NCBI GenBank assembly: GCA_965197725.1
Contig: CBDANQ010000040.1
Location: 1 to 64,000 of the forward strand
DNA: 64,000 nucleotides
Direction of reading: 5' to 3'
Source of the DNA: Longimicrobiales bacterium
Lineage (GTDB): Bacteria > Gemmatimonadota > Gemmatimonadetes > Longimicrobiales > Gaopeijiaceae
Of this stretch, positions 11,311 to 22,344 are shown piece after piece (within the stretch, counting starts at the first letter, position 1; each line of letters begins with the position of its first letter). Made by a program: the position numbers and the translations under genes. The notes beneath the pieces are model-generated. The model searched no databases. It was not told the origin of the DNA and saw nothing but the letters and a program-made list of their open reading frames with translations.

Positions 11311-13305
11311 TCAGGCGGGCTGCGTGATCCGCTCTGATTCCCCTTTTCGGATGTCATTCAACGTGTAACCGGTGACGAAGAGAGCTCCAAGGCCCCCCAC
11401 CAAAAAGGACGGGAAGAAAGCGGTGGAGGCACCTGCCAGAAGCAGGATCCGCCCTCCTGCGGTAACACGGCCCACCAACTGTCCCTCCAGCACCGCAGCG
11501 AAGGCGGCTAGCGCCACCATGGACATCGTCGCCTTCCCGAGCACTACCGGCCACGCACCCCCCAGAGCGAGCTCAGGATGCACCACCATCAGAACCGGAA
11601 TGAGATAGAGGCCCTTTGCGTACTTCCACGCCTGGAGTCCGGTGCGCATAGGGTCGGATCCCGCCACCCCGGCAGCTGCGTACGCGGCGAGGCAGACAGG
11701 AGGCGTGACGTTGGAGTCCTGGGAGTACCAGAACACGAGCAAGTGAGCGATCAGGACCGGCAGGCCGAAATCGTTGATCAGTACCGGGCCGGCGAGGACA
11801 ATGAGAACGACGTAGCTGGCGGTAACCGGAAGTCCCATCCCGAGCACCAGACTCGCCAGCAGCAACAAGACCAGGGCGAGAAAGAGATTTCCCTGGGAAA
11901 GAGACAGCATGAGAGATGAGAACTTGAGACCGAGACCGGTGAGTCCGACGATGCCCACGATGATTCCCGCCACGGCGCAAGCCAAGCTCACCGGAAGGGC
12001 ATTTCGGCCCGCAACGACGGAGGCATCCACAAGGCGGACGATCCCTGCGCCTATCCAGCCGGCAAGGGACCCGTGAACCGCTTCTCTCGGGTTCGAACTA
12101 CTTTTGCCACCCGGCATGGTCTGGTCCCATACGGCTCGCAGAGCTGCCAGTACCGCGATGGCTACACAGGCTAGGAATCCGACCCGGGCCACCGAAAAAT
12201 CCATGAGTAGCGCGGCCATCAGGATCACCAAGGCCCCGAGAAAGTGCCAGCCTCTGGCCAACGTGTTCCCGAACCGCGGAAGCTCGGAGGCGGGCATGCC
12301 TTGCAGATTCCTCTTGAGCGCCACCAGATGTACGAAGACGAATACGGTTCCCACGTAGAGAATCGCGGGAACGAGTGCTGCCTTGACCACCTCGAGATAC
12401 GGCAGACCGGTATACTCGGCGATCAGGAAGGCTCCGGCCCCCATGATCGGGGGAAGGATTTGACCTCCGGTACTTGCCGCGGCCTCGATACCCCCGGCCT
12501 CCTCGGCGCGGTAGCCGACCTTCTTCATCAGGGGAATGGTGAACGCCCCGCTGGTGACGACGTTCGCGATGGCACTCCCCGACACGGATCCCATCGCGGC
12601 CGAGGCCAGAACCGCAGCCTTCGCGGGCCCTCCCCTCTGTCTTCCGGTGACCGCATACGCAAGGTCGATGAAGAACTGACCCGCACCCGTGACCTCCAGG
12701 AGCGCCCCGAACAAGATGAAGATGAAGACGAAGGAAGCGGCCACGCCCAACGGGATTCCAAAGATTCCCTCCTGGCCCAGGTAGAGCTGCCCCACGAGCC
12801 GTCCGGTACCATAGCCCCCATGCCGAAGCACGCCTGGGAGAAAGGAGCCGGCGTATCCGTAGCCGATGAAGCAGGCGGCAATGAACGAAATAGGCCAACC
12901 CAGCGCCCTTCGGCTTGCCTCGAGTAGCGTGACCACCGCCACCACTCCAGCGACAACGTCGGTTCCGTTCCACGCCCCTGCACGGCCCACGATGGCGTCC
13001 AGGTTGAGCGTGAGATAGAGGGCCGCGAAGATGGAGCCAGCAATAAGAGCGGCGTCCAGCGCCCATGCGATTCCGCTTTGGCCTTTCGGCTTTCCTCGTC
13101 CCCCGGTCGGAAAGAGGAGAAAGGCCAAGACCTGAATGACGGAGAGATGGAACGCCCTCTCGTAGAAGAGCCCGAGCGGCCGCACTCCGGATATGTAGAG
13201 CTGGAAGAGTGAGAGGACGATCGCTAGAACGACAAAGGTCGTAGCGGAAACGGTAGGGAGACCCAGGTCCCTCCTCGGGATCGAGGCGCCACCCGTGGAA
13301 CTCAC
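11311..13305 (-). CDS. TRAP transporter fused (4TM/12TM) permease, TAXI type
   Basis: 664 aa hydrophobic; GGPAKAAV, SGSAIANV, ASTGGQILPPIMGAGAF, TPPVCLAAY. Confidence 0.92.
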   Translation of the reverse strand: MSSTGGASIPRRDLGLPTVSATTFVVLAIVLSLFQLYISGVRPLGLFYERAFHLSVIQVLAFLLFPTGGRGKPKGQSGIAWALDAALIAGSIFAALYLTLNLDAIVGRAGAWNGTDVVAGVVAVVTLLEASRRALGWPISFIAACFIGYGYAGSFLPGVLRHGGYGTGRLVGQLYLGQEGIFGIPLGVAASFVFIFILFGALLEVTGAGQFFIDLAYAVTGRQRGGPAKAAVLASAAMGSVSGSAIANVVTSGAFTIPLMKKVGYRAEEAGGIEAAASTGGQILPPIMGAGAFLIAEYTGLPYLEVVKAALVPAILYVGTVFVFVHLVALKRNLQGMPASELPRFGNTLARGWHFLGALVILMAALLMDFSVARVGFLACVAIAVLAALRAVWDQTMPGGKSSSNPREAVHGSLAGWIGAGIVRLVDASVVAGRNALPVSLACAVAGIIVGIVGLTGLGLKFSSLMLSLSQGNLFLALVLLLLASLVLGMGLPVTASYVVLIVLAGPVLINDFGLPVLIAHLLVFWYSQDSNVTPPVCLAAYAAAGVAGSDPMRTGLQAWKYAKGLYLIPVLMVVHPELALGGAWPVVLGKATMSMVALAAFAAVLEGQLVGRVTAGGRILLLAGASTAFFPSFLVGGLGALFVTGYTLNDIRKGESERITQPA

Positions 13306-13334
13306 CGTTCTTTACGGGCGGATATCGGGACGCC

Positions 13335-14330
13335 TCACGGAGAAACAATCAAACGATCAGGCACCTCGTATCCGGCTTCCTGGAAGTAGCGCACGGAACC
13401 GGGGTGAAGTGGAATGGGAGAGACTTCCAAGGTGTACTCCGCCGAAATGTGGCTAGCAGCGGGGTGCACGGCAGCTAACTCCGTCCGCACCGCGTACAGC
13501 GCCTGAGTCAGATCGTAGACGAGCTCCTCCGACATATCTGCGCGTACCACCAGCACGTTCGGTGTACTCAGCGTCTCCACCTCGGCTTCCAGTCCCGGGT
13601 ACATCCCTGGAAGGAATAAATCACGAGTCACGGTAGGGTCGAGCGCTGCAGTGTTTGCCAGTTCTGCCGCTCTGATGGGGACGAGCCGCACGGGGCGTGT
13701 GGTCGCCAAGTCCACGATGGCGCTCGTGGGCGGGCCGACACTCAAGAATCCTGCGTCGATGTTTCCGTCCCGGAGTGCCGAAGCAGTCTCGTTGAAGTTG
13801 AGACGCTGAGGCCGGAAATCGTCGTAGTCGATCCCGTTCCCCTCCAGGAGGGTCCGGGCCGCCACCTCGGTCCCACTCCCCGGGGCGCCCACCGAGACCG
13901 GTCGACCCACGAGGTCACTGACGCTCTCGACGCCCGTCCCCTCCACCGTGACCAGATGAAGCACGTTGGGATAAAGCACCGTGATAGCGAGAACCTGAGC
14001 GGGCTCCCGCCCCGAAAACGAGCCGGTCCCGTTAAACACCTCGTGCGCGTTGGTACCCATGGAGAAGGCTACGTCAACCTCGTCGCCCAGGAGTAGGCTG
14101 ATGTTTTCTACCGAGCCGCCGGTGACCTCGGCCACTAAGTCGTATTCGGGCAATTCGCGGCTCCAAAGCTCAGCAATCGATCCCCCCAGCACGTAGTAGA
14201 CACCTCCTGTGCCTCCCGTCGCCACGGCGAGGATGTCAGGGCGGTCCCCTGGGGCGCATCCGGGCGCAATCAGGACGGCAAGAAGGAGAACCAACGAGAC
14301 GCGTGAGCCCGCTTTCCATGTGCTAGTCAT
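13335..14330 (-). CDS. TAXI-family TRAP solute-binding lipoprotein
   Basis: ATGGTGGVYY, TGGSVENI, GAPGSGTE, IPLHPG; lipobox-like IAPGC. Confidence 0.92.
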   Translation of the reverse strand: MTSTWKAGSRVSLVLLLAVLIAPGCAPGDRPDILAVATGGTGGVYYVLGGSIAELWSRELPEYDLVAEVTGGSVENISLLLGDEVDVAFSMGTNAHEVFNGTGSFSGREPAQVLAITVLYPNVLHLVTVEGTGVESVSDLVGRPVSVGAPGSGTEVAARTLLEGNGIDYDDFRPQRLNFNETASALRDGNIDAGFLSVGPPTSAIVDLATTRPVRLVPIRAAELANTAALDPTVTRDLFLPGMYPGLEAEVETLSTPNVLVVRADMSEELVYDLTQALYAVRTELAAVHPAASHISAEYTLEVSPIPLHPGSVRYFQEAGYEVPDRLIVSP

Positions 14331-14487
14331 CTTGATCCCCTTAATAGTAGGCTCTCGAAGAAGTACGATGGGTCTCCACTTACCTGCCCCCGCAGGGGTA
14401 CCACTACGTGCTCGCGCACGGGTACCCGGATACCACGGCCTCGGATCCTACGAGCGAGGAAACAGCGGGGCAAGGAGCTTTCGACCG

Positions 14488-14643
14488 CGCTTCATCGCAG
14501 CTCTGCAGCTTATCGATCGAGGTGCGCCGAGATCTCACCTTTGGACGGTAGCGAAGTGGATGGGACATGGGGGGCGGTCACTCGTCGATAGGATTTACGG
14601 GCAACTCGGGGACCTGCGGCACCGCTCCGAGGTCGTCGAGTAC
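14488..14643 (+). pseudogene. C-terminal remnant of a tyrosine recombinase/integrase
   Basis: LWTVAKWMGHGGRSLVDRIYGQLG matches the box II LGH...Y catalytic region. Confidence 0.65.
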
Positions 14644-14969
14644 AGCAGTTGCTCGCTCCATCGATACCTCTCTCCCATGAGCTCGTCAGCTTCTACCAGG
14701 CCGACGTTCGCGTTCGCATGGCTGGGCCGCTCGCTCAATTCCGCTTCCAGGAGAGCGAGTGGAAGTGTCAGGCCGTCGGTGACGGGTCGAGTATCAACCT
14801 GCGGACCTGGGGCGGTGATTTGGACCAGCTGGTCATCGAGGCCGAACTCGCGATCCTCCGCCGCCATCAGCCCTTCAAGGAGGCCCAATAAATGCTAGCG
14901 ATAAAGGCCGAGGTGTGGCAGGACATGTTAGAACGCGTTGAGTTGATTCGAGTCCCCGGCGAGGCTCTG

Positions 14970-16427
14970 GAAGCTGACCCAGCCGTAGTTGAAGGTCCCT
15001 GAAGAGGGAAAAGAAAAGTGGTGGCTCCGAGGGTGCCCGATCCGATAGGATCGGGTGCGCTAAAAACCCAAAAACGGAGCCACCACGATGAAGAGAACGT
15101 ACGAAGTAGCGAGTGACACGGACAGGCGTGCGATGGCTGAGTTCGTGAAGCGAGAAGGCCAGTTCCTGCTGCCGATGGTCGAGCTCGTAGAGCACACGGA
15201 GCTCGCGATCGACGAAGTCGTCCAGGTGATGGGCCGAGCGACGATCGAGGCGGTACTCGAGATGAGCGCCGAAGGTGTGGCGGGCCCGAAGCAATCGGGC
15301 AAGGCACGCGAGGAGGGGGCGACCGGTCTGGTACGGCCGCCAGGGCGGTCAGGTCTACCTGTCGGACCGAAAGGTCCGTATCCAGCGGCCTCGGCTGCGT
15401 GAGCGGACTGGCGGCCAGGGCGGCGAGGTCGAGGTGCCAGCGTACGAGGCGATGCGCAGGCCGGGCGCCATGGCGGACCGAATGTTGGAGATCCTGATGG
15501 CAGGTGTGAGCACCCGGAAATACGGCCAGGTGATCGGCGAGATGGCCGACACGGTGGGGGTGAGCAAGTCGTCGGTGAGCCGCGAGACGATCGAAGCGTC
15601 GGAGCGCGTGCTGAAGGAGCTGATGGAGCGGCGGCTGGACGCATGGGATCTGTTGGTGATCTACCTGGACGGTATCCAACTCGGTGCGCACCACGTACTT
15701 GCGGCTGTGGGCGTGGACACGGACGGCAAGAAGCATGTGCTGGGGATGCGGCAGGGAGCGAGTGAGAACACCGAAGTGACGACGGCCCTGCTGCAGGATC
15801 TGGTCGAGCGGGGTCTGGACCCCGAGTGTCGACGCCTGTTCGTGATCGATGGCTCGAAGGCGTTACGGAAGGCGATTGTTCAGGTGTTCGGCGCGGGCCA
15901 CTCGGTCCAGAGATGCCGAAATCACAAGCTCAGAAACGTGCTCGCTCACCTACCGAAGGATCAGCACCCGCAGGTGAAGGCCGTGATCCGCGCGGCCTGG
16001 AAGCTCGACGCGAGGGACGGCGTGCAGAAACTCGAGCAGCTCGCGCGGTGGCTTGAACGAGATCAGCCGTCGGCCGCAGCGAGCCTGAGGGAGGGGCTGG
16101 GTGAGATGTTCACAATCAACCGGCTTGGGCTACCGCCTCGGCTGAGGAAGTGCCTCGGCACCACGAACCTGATCGACAGCACCCACGCAGGCGTGAGGCA
16201 GAAGACCTATAGGGTGACGAACTGGAAGAACGGAGCGATGGCACTGAGATGGGCCGCTGCCTCCTTCGTCGAGACCGAGAAGAACTACCGACGCATCGTC
16301 GGCTTCGACCAACTCTGGATGCTCAAAGCTCACCTCGATGACCGCGAGCCGGTTGCCGAAATGAAGATGGCAGGTTAATCACGAAAGCCTCGGAGTCACC
16401 ACCTTCAACTGAGCCGGGGACACCTTC
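14970..16427 (+). mobile_element. IS256-family element (variant A) with 8-bp target duplication
   Basis: Imperfect IRs GAAGCTGACCCAGCCGTAGTTGAAGGT / GAAGGTGTCCCCGGCTCAGTTGAAGGT; AGGCTCTG on both sides (14962-14969, 16428-16435). Confidence 0.92.
15088..16378 (+). pseudogene. IS256 (Mutator-type DDE) transposase with a +1 frameshift in a G run near 15315
   Basis: Two overlapping ORFs together match the intact paralogue at 31592-32881; YLDG, VIDG, QRCRNHK motifs. Confidence 0.85.
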
Positions 16428-16510
16428 AGGCTCTGGCCGAGCGGAAACACCTCGATGGCTCCGAAGTGGAAGCTCTTTTGTCACCGCCATTGTCACCGTA
16501 GCCAATTCCG

Positions 16511-17969
16511 GATGGTGTCCCGCTGACAGTTGAAGGTGGTGGCGCCGGAGAGTCTCTTGGTTAGCCTGTCTTTCTCATTTCGGCAACCGGTTCATGGTCG
16601 TCGAGGTGGGCCCTGAGCATCCAGAGCTGGTCGTAGCCGATGATCCTCCGGTAGCTCTTCTCGGTTTCCACGAACGAGGCCGCAGCCCAGCGCAAGGCCA
16701 TCGCTCCGTTCTTCCAGTTAGTCACCCTGCGGGTCTTCCGTCTTACGCCCGAGTGGGTGCTGTCGATCAGGTTGGTCGAGCCCAGGCACTTCCTCAGCCG
16801 CGGTGGGAGGCCGAGCCGGTTTATGGTGAACATCTCGCTGAGGCCTTCGCGCAGGCTGGCTGCGGCCGAGGGGTGGTCGCGCTCGAGCCATCGGGCGAGC
16901 TGCTCGAGCTTCTGCTCGCCCTGCTTCGCGTCCAGCTTCATCGCCGCCCGGAACGCCGCCTTCACCTGAGGATGCTGATCCTTCGGCAGATGACCCAGCA
17001 CGTTGCGGAGCTTGTGGTTGCGGCAGCGCTGGATGGGGTGACGTTGGCCGAACACCTTCTCGATCGCCTTCCTGAGCGCTTTCGAGCCATCGATCACGAA
17101 CAGCCGCCGCCTGCCCGGGTCCAGGCCGCGCTCGACCAGATCCTCTAGGAGCGCGCTGGTCACCTCGGCGTTCTCACTCGCTCCTTCCCTCACGCCCAGC
17201 ACGTGCTTCTTTCCGTCTGAGTCCACGCCTACCGCAGCAAGCACGTGGTGCGAGCCCATCTGGATCCCGTCCAGGTAGATCACCAGGAGGTCCCACGCAT
17301 CCAGCCGGCGCTCCATCAGCTCCTTCAGCACGCGCTCCGAGGCCTCGACCGTCTCACGGCTCACCGCCGACTTGCTCACCCCGACCGGGTCGGCCATCTC
17401 ACCGATCACACGGCCGTACTTTCGCGTGCTCACCCCCGCCATCAGGACCTCGAGCATCCGATCCGCCACGGCGCCCGGTCTCCGCATCGCTGCGTACGCC
17501 GGCACCTCGACCTCGCCACCCTCCCCGGCGCGCCCCGGCGCCTGAGCCGTGGCCGCTCCACACGCACCTTCCGGTCCGACAGGTAAACCACACCACCCTG
17601 CCGGCCATACCACACCGTGTCGTCTTCCGCTCGTGACCGACCTGCCTGCTTCACGCCTGCCACACCCTCGGCGCTCATCTCCAGCACCGCTTCGATCGTC
17701 GCTCGTCCCATCACCTGGATGACTTCGTCGATCGCGACCTCCGTCTGCTCCACGAGCTCAAGCATCGGAAGCAGAAACTGCCCCTCCCGCTTCAGGAACT
17801 CCCTGATCGCGCGCTTGTCCGCCCGATCCCTTACCTCGTACGTTCTCTTCATCGTGGTGGCTCCGTGTTGGGGTTTTTGCCTACCCGAGCCTATCGGCCC
17901 GGGACCCCCGGAGCCACCACTTTTCTTTCTCCCCTATCAGGAACCTTCAACTACGGTTGGGACAGCTTC
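16511..17969 (-). mobile_element. IS256-family element (variant B, copy 1)
   Basis: Ends GATGGTGTCCCGCTGACAGTTGAAGG...CCTTCAACTACGGTTGGGACAGCTTC; flanked by AATTCCG duplication; near-identical to 31542-32998. Confidence 0.92.
16561..17852 (-). pseudogene. IS256 transposase with a 2-bp (CG) insertion near 17530
   Basis: Direct comparison with the intact copy: CCCCGGCGCGCCCC here versus CCCCGGCGCCCC. Confidence 0.85.
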
Positions 17970-18188
17970 AATTCCGGCCTCCCAACGCGGAGGCCCCGCA
18001 ACCGCCTAAACGGTTACGGGGCTTCCCCTTGTTAGCGGCCTTCCAATATTGCACACATGTGGCCATCGAAAATTGCACACTTGGCGCTTTGACCTAGCGG
18101 GCGGGAGAGTGGGGATGTAGGCACCACCCCGAGCGATCTTCCGGCCGATCCACTCACTTGGCGCCTCCACCGAGAACGTGGAGGTGCA

Positions 18189-19217
18189 ATGATCGGAAGG
18201 GAGAAGCGCGTGCTGCTCCGTCATTACCTCGAGCAGGGGATGAACAAGGCGGTGATCGCCCGGGATCTGGGGGTCAGTCGCCGTACCGTGTACCACTGGA
18301 TAGAGACCGGTCAACTGGACCGGGAGTTGGACGAAGAGCGTGTCGGGTACGGTCCGAGATGTCTGATGCCGTCGAAGCTGGATCCGTACAAGCCGTTGAT
18401 CGACACGCGTCTCAAGGAGTACCCGAAGCTCACGGCTGTACGGCTCTTCAAGGAGGTCCGGGCCGCTGGCTACCCGGGCAGTTACAACCAAGTGAAGCGC
18501 TATGTACGCAAGGTCCGGCCTCGACCCCCAGAGGAGCCGGTCGTGCGCTTCGAGACGGCGCCTGGGCGTCAGGGCCAGGTGGACTTCGCCCACTTCCGGC
18601 TACCGTGGGGCAAGCGTTACGCACTAATCGTCGTGCTGGGCTACTCGAGGCTGCTGTGGGTTCAGTTCTACACCCGGCAGACCATGAAGGCCCTGATGCA
18701 TGGCCTGGAGTCTTCGTTTTCCTACTTCGGCGGCGTGCCCTCAGAGCTTCTGTTCGACCAAATGAAGGCGGTCGTCATCGAGGACGGTCGATACGACGAT
18801 GGTGCCCTCGTCGAGAACCCGGAGTTCATGCGCTACGCCTACCACTGGAACTTCAGGATCCGCGCGTGCCGACCCTATCGGGCTCAGACCAAGGGCAAGG
18901 TGGAGCGGCCGATCCGCTACCTCAGGGAGAGCTTCTTCTACGGGCGCACCTTCACGTCGGACGACGATCTCAACGCGCAGGCCCTTCATTGGCTTGAGAC
19001 GGAAGCCAATGTGCGCAGCCACGGAACGCTGAAGGAGCGGCCCCTCGATCGCTTCGAGCGTGAACGACTGCTCCTCGAGCCCTTGGCGACTCGCCCGTAT
19101 CACCCCCTCGTCCTGCCTCCGGATCGCTCCTCACCCGGCACGACGTCCTTGCCGGCCATCCACGTCGAGCGACGTCCCCTCACGGCCTATGCCCAGATCG
19201 CGGGAGGGGACCGATGA
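18189..19217 (+). CDS. istA: IS21 transposase IstA
   Basis: N-terminal HTH, RFETAPGRQGQVDF, FDQMK, TKGKVER. Confidence 0.93.
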   Translation: MIGREKRVLLRHYLEQGMNKAVIARDLGVSRRTVYHWIETGQLDRELDEERVGYGPRCLMPSKLDPYKPLIDTRLKEYPKLTAVRLFKEVRAAGYPGSYNQVKRYVRKVRPRPPEEPVVRFETAPGRQGQVDFAHFRLPWGKRYALIVVLGYSRLLWVQFYTRQTMKALMHGLESSFSYFGGVPSELLFDQMKAVVIEDGRYDDGALVENPEFMRYAYHWNFRIRACRPYRAQTKGKVERPIRYLRESFFYGRTFTSDDDLNAQALHWLETEANVRSHGTLKERPLDRFERERLLLEPLATRPYHPLVLPPDRSSPGTTSLPAIHVERRPLTAYAQIAGGDR

Positions 19218-20056
19218 AGGCTGCCGCTCGCTCTCGCCGTGACCGGATCCGAGCCCAGCTCGCCGATCTCAAGATGCCCGGTGCGCTGGAGGCCATCGAC
19301 GACGTCCTCACCGGGGTCGATGGCGGAGGCGTGACGGCCTCGGAGGCCATCGAGCAACTCCTCGGTGCCCAGATCACGCTGCGCAACAACCGCCGCCTTC
19401 AGGCTGCGATGCGCTCGAGCCGGCTACCGGGCATCAAGACCCTCGACGACTTCGACTTCAGCTTCCAGCCCTCGATCAAGCGCGAGCAGATCGACTCGCT
19501 CCACGAGCTCGGCTTCTTGGAGCGTAAGGAGAACGTGATCTTCCTCGGCCCTCCGGGCGTCGGCAAGACGCATCTCGCGATCAGCCTCGCCATTGCCGCG
19601 GCTCAGAGCGGGCGCAGAGTCTACTACGGCGCTCTGGCCGACCTCATCACCTCGCTCGAAGAAGCCAAGACCACCGGCCAGCTGGGACGCCGCCTCAAGA
19701 TCCTCACCTATCCTTCGCTCCTGGTCATCGACGAGATCGGCTACCTGCCGGTCAGCCAGACCGGCGCAATGCTCTTCTTCCAACTCATCAACCGGCGCTA
19801 TGAGCGCGCATCCACTGTGCTGACCTCCAATAAAGGCTTCGAGGAGTGGGGCCAGATCTTGGGCGACGAGGTCATGGCCGCTGCGCTCATCGATCGCCTG
19901 CTGCATCACTGCCATATCGTCAACATCCGCGGCAGCAGCTACCGGATGCGCAAGCACACCGACCTCTCCAAGATCCTCCACTCGCCTCCTGCGGAGTCGA
20001 GCCCTTCACCCCCGAAGAGAAAGAGAGCAAGAGCAAAGGAGAAAACGACGAACTAG
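19214..20056 (+). CDS. istB: IS21 helper AAA+ ATPase IstB
   Basis: Walker A GPPGVGKT, Walker B LLVIDEIG, DRLLHH; ATGA overlap with istA. Confidence 0.95.
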   Translation: MKAAARSRRDRIRAQLADLKMPGALEAIDDVLTGVDGGGVTASEAIEQLLGAQITLRNNRRLQAAMRSSRLPGIKTLDDFDFSFQPSIKREQIDSLHELGFLERKENVIFLGPPGVGKTHLAISLAIAAAQSGRRVYYGALADLITSLEEAKTTGQLGRRLKILTYPSLLVIDEIGYLPVSQTGAMLFFQLINRRYERASTVLTSNKGFEEWGQILGDEVMAAALIDRLLHHCHIVNIRGSSYRMRKHTDLSKILHSPPAESSPSPPKRKRARAKEKTTN

Positions 20057-20778
20057 AGGCTCGTCATCTCCGCCAAGTGTGCAATTTTCGATGGCCAGAC
20101 CTGTGCAGCTTTCGATGGCCGTTGACACTCCGACGCATCGGTATCGGCGTCACGACAGCCTCTTAGGGCGCTCAGGACTCCCGGCCTGCGTCGTGTTCTC
20201 CGTGGACCTGAGCTATCTAACACTTATCAGGCCCCCGGAGTCAAGAGCGCGCATGTCCCCCGGCGCGTCGCGGAGCGGCGCGTAATGAAGTGAGCGTCGG
20301 TCGTCGAGTCCTCTGACTTGGTTTCCGTCAACAGGTGCGAGCACTTCCGAGCTCTGCACCAAACACTTATCGAGGTTCAACCGCCGGGTGCCCTTCGAGG
20401 CGAGCTCGAAGGAGCGGCGGAGCAGGAGCCTGCTGTGGGCTCCTACGACCTAGAAATTCATCTGTGCCCTCGTGCCGTCCGACTCCATTCAAGGTGAGCA
20501 GGCTCGGGCCGTGAGGCGCCGGACCAGTTAGCTCCGGGCTCGGGTGAGGGGCAGAGTCCTGAGTTAGACCGACTTCGATGTGTGGGGAGCGGGAGGAGGC
20601 GTCCAATCAAGCGAGGCGGCTGTCAGGCATCCGGTGCCCGCTCGAGTTAGAAATCGGGGCTCGCGACCTCCCCTCCCCGTCAGGTGCGTGTATAGAAGCG
20701 TTCGGTGTCGAATGCCTGGCCAAGGTGCGCGCTTGCCGTCGGGCCATGTGGCCGATGGTGTCGTCGTTGGGCGCCGAG

Positions 20779-20812
20779 TTCAGGGACCTTCAACTACGGC
20801 CGGGTCAGCTTC
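20779..20812 (-). repeat. Solo left end of IS256 variant A
   Basis: TTCAGGGACCTTCAACTACGGCCGGGTCAGCTTC is the reverse complement of 14970-15003 with one mismatch. Confidence 0.8.
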
Positions 20813-21295
20813 CGAACGACTGGACCTTGAGCTACGTGTGGGCCAGCGACGATGTCTATGCTGTCGTACTGGAGGGCGAAGGAGCGTGTGCGGGCGCTTA
20901 GGTCGTGCCGGTGGGTGACGGCTACGAGGCGACGGAGGTGACTGGATGGTGAGTAGACGGCACCCCGCTGGCCTGGAGTCCGTGTCCGGGACTTTACCTG
21001 GGGACCTGTCGCGCTAACTCTTGCCACTCTCGACGGTCCTCGATCATGGGAGCCCGACTTAGACGGCTCCGTACAATTCGGTGCACAAGCTTCGTGCCGC
21101 CGTCATCACCGTCTGTAGGACCGCGACCGAACCACCCGACGTCCAGCGCCCGAGCCCAACGAGCCCGGCACCAAGTCGGCAGCACTCGGTCCATACCGAA
21201 CCGCCTCGGCCCACAAGACCGGCCCGCATCTGATGGGTCGTGCTCCTCGCCCGGACCTACTCCTTCTCACCTCGACGGCTCCCGCAGGGCTCGAT

Positions 21296-21457
21296 CTACC
21301 TCGAGATCGGCTCCGGAATCGGGACAGAGGGTGCCTCGCTGCCACTGGAATAGAACGGAGGAAATACGTGTCCGGGGTGGTGGTGGTCGACTAGGAGGCA
21401 CCCGGTAAGCATTGGGAGCGAAAGTGCGAGGACCAACCAAAAGATCATCCTTCTCAT
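21296..21457 (-). CDS. Small hypothetical lipoprotein (53 aa)
   Basis: GAGGTG RBS; MRRMIFWLVLALSLPMLTGC signal with lipobox; HHHPGH in the mature part. Confidence 0.5.
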   Translation of the reverse strand: MRRMIFWLVLALSLPMLTGCLLVDHHHPGHVFPPFYSSGSEAPSVPIPEPISR

Positions 21458-21666
21458 ATCTATCACCTCAATGATGGTGTTTGTCGTGCCGGAAGATGTG
21501 TGAGGCGTCCCCCTGGCTCTGTACGTAGGCTGACGTAGGCGCGGATGACGTATAATACGTACTCGGGGGATTGCAGGAGCAGCCCCAACGCGAGAGTGGG
21601 CCCACGAGACCATCGAGGGGCTATTTTGTAGACTCCTGTGACTGTGTCCCGAAATGCGGCGGAAAG

Positions 21667-21908
21667 CTCCTTCGACCCCTGAGTCTCCCGCGTCCAGTCG
21701 GCCGTCGGATTCATTGCCCACCTCTATCCCTGCCCATCCACGCATCCCTGCGGCGCATTCCGACTGACTGAGCCCCTCCTCCCGTTCAGCCGGCCTCGCT
21801 TCGCGTGGAGCGCCCGCACCGCTTCCGCCCGGCACCCCCGAAGCCCGCCACCATTCCCCTTCCCGCCTCACCTCCTGCCACGGCACCCCTTTTAGACCTC
21901 CTATCCTT
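21667..21908 (+). mobile_element. IS91/ISCR-like oriIS-end remnant, copy 1 (about 240 bp)
   Basis: Near-identical to the 3' end of 46971-48376; ends CCCCTTTTAGACCTCCTATCCTT. Confidence 0.8.
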
Positions 21909-22279
21909 TCCGATGGCTGATCCCCCGGTATCTCGACCACCCAGATGACCAGCGCGCGCTCGCCGACCTGATGGCGTCGAAGAGCCACATACGCGGTCAG
22001 GCGCGCGTCGGCGCAGCGTTCGGCGCCACACTCGGGCGCTTCCGCGAAGTAGTGAACCCCCCCGTCCCAACGATCGTAATCAGTCGGGGCAGGCGCGACT
22101 TGGCCGAGCCGTGGACCACGACGGAGCGTGAGCACGACTGGCGATACGGCCATGAATCACTGCTGGACGGGGTCCCCGACGGGCACCTGTGGGTCGCCGA
22201 GCAGAGCGGTCACATGATCCAACTCGAGCAGCCGGAGATCGTGCGAGACGCGGTTCGGGTGATCCTGGAAGGGGGTTAG
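21909..22279 (+). pseudogene. C-terminal part of an alpha/beta hydrolase
   Basis: PTIVISRG...SGHMIQLEQPEIVRDAV (catalytic His region); begins at the oriIS end. Confidence 0.75.
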
Positions 22280-22344
22280 CTTCTGCGCTGGGGGACTGGT
22301 CCGTGTCGGGTAGGTGGATCAGGGTTCAGCCAGACAGAGATGGC

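Larger units (their letters stand above)
18030..20127 (+). mobile_element. IS21-family element
   Basis: TG...CA ends (TGTTAGCGGCC / GGCCGTTGACA); inner 27-bp inverted repeat TGGCCATCGAAAATTGCACACTTGGCG; istA-istB. Confidence 0.93.

Noticed and set aside
15030..15060. GGGTGCCCGATCC-GATA-GGATCGGG hairpin in IS256 variant A
   Set aside because: An equivalent hairpin sits at the same position in variant B, so it is native IS structure.
15305..15335. Programmed frameshift in the IS256 transposase
   Set aside because: The paralogue is a single ORF and IS256 members are not known to need frameshifting; an extra G explains it.
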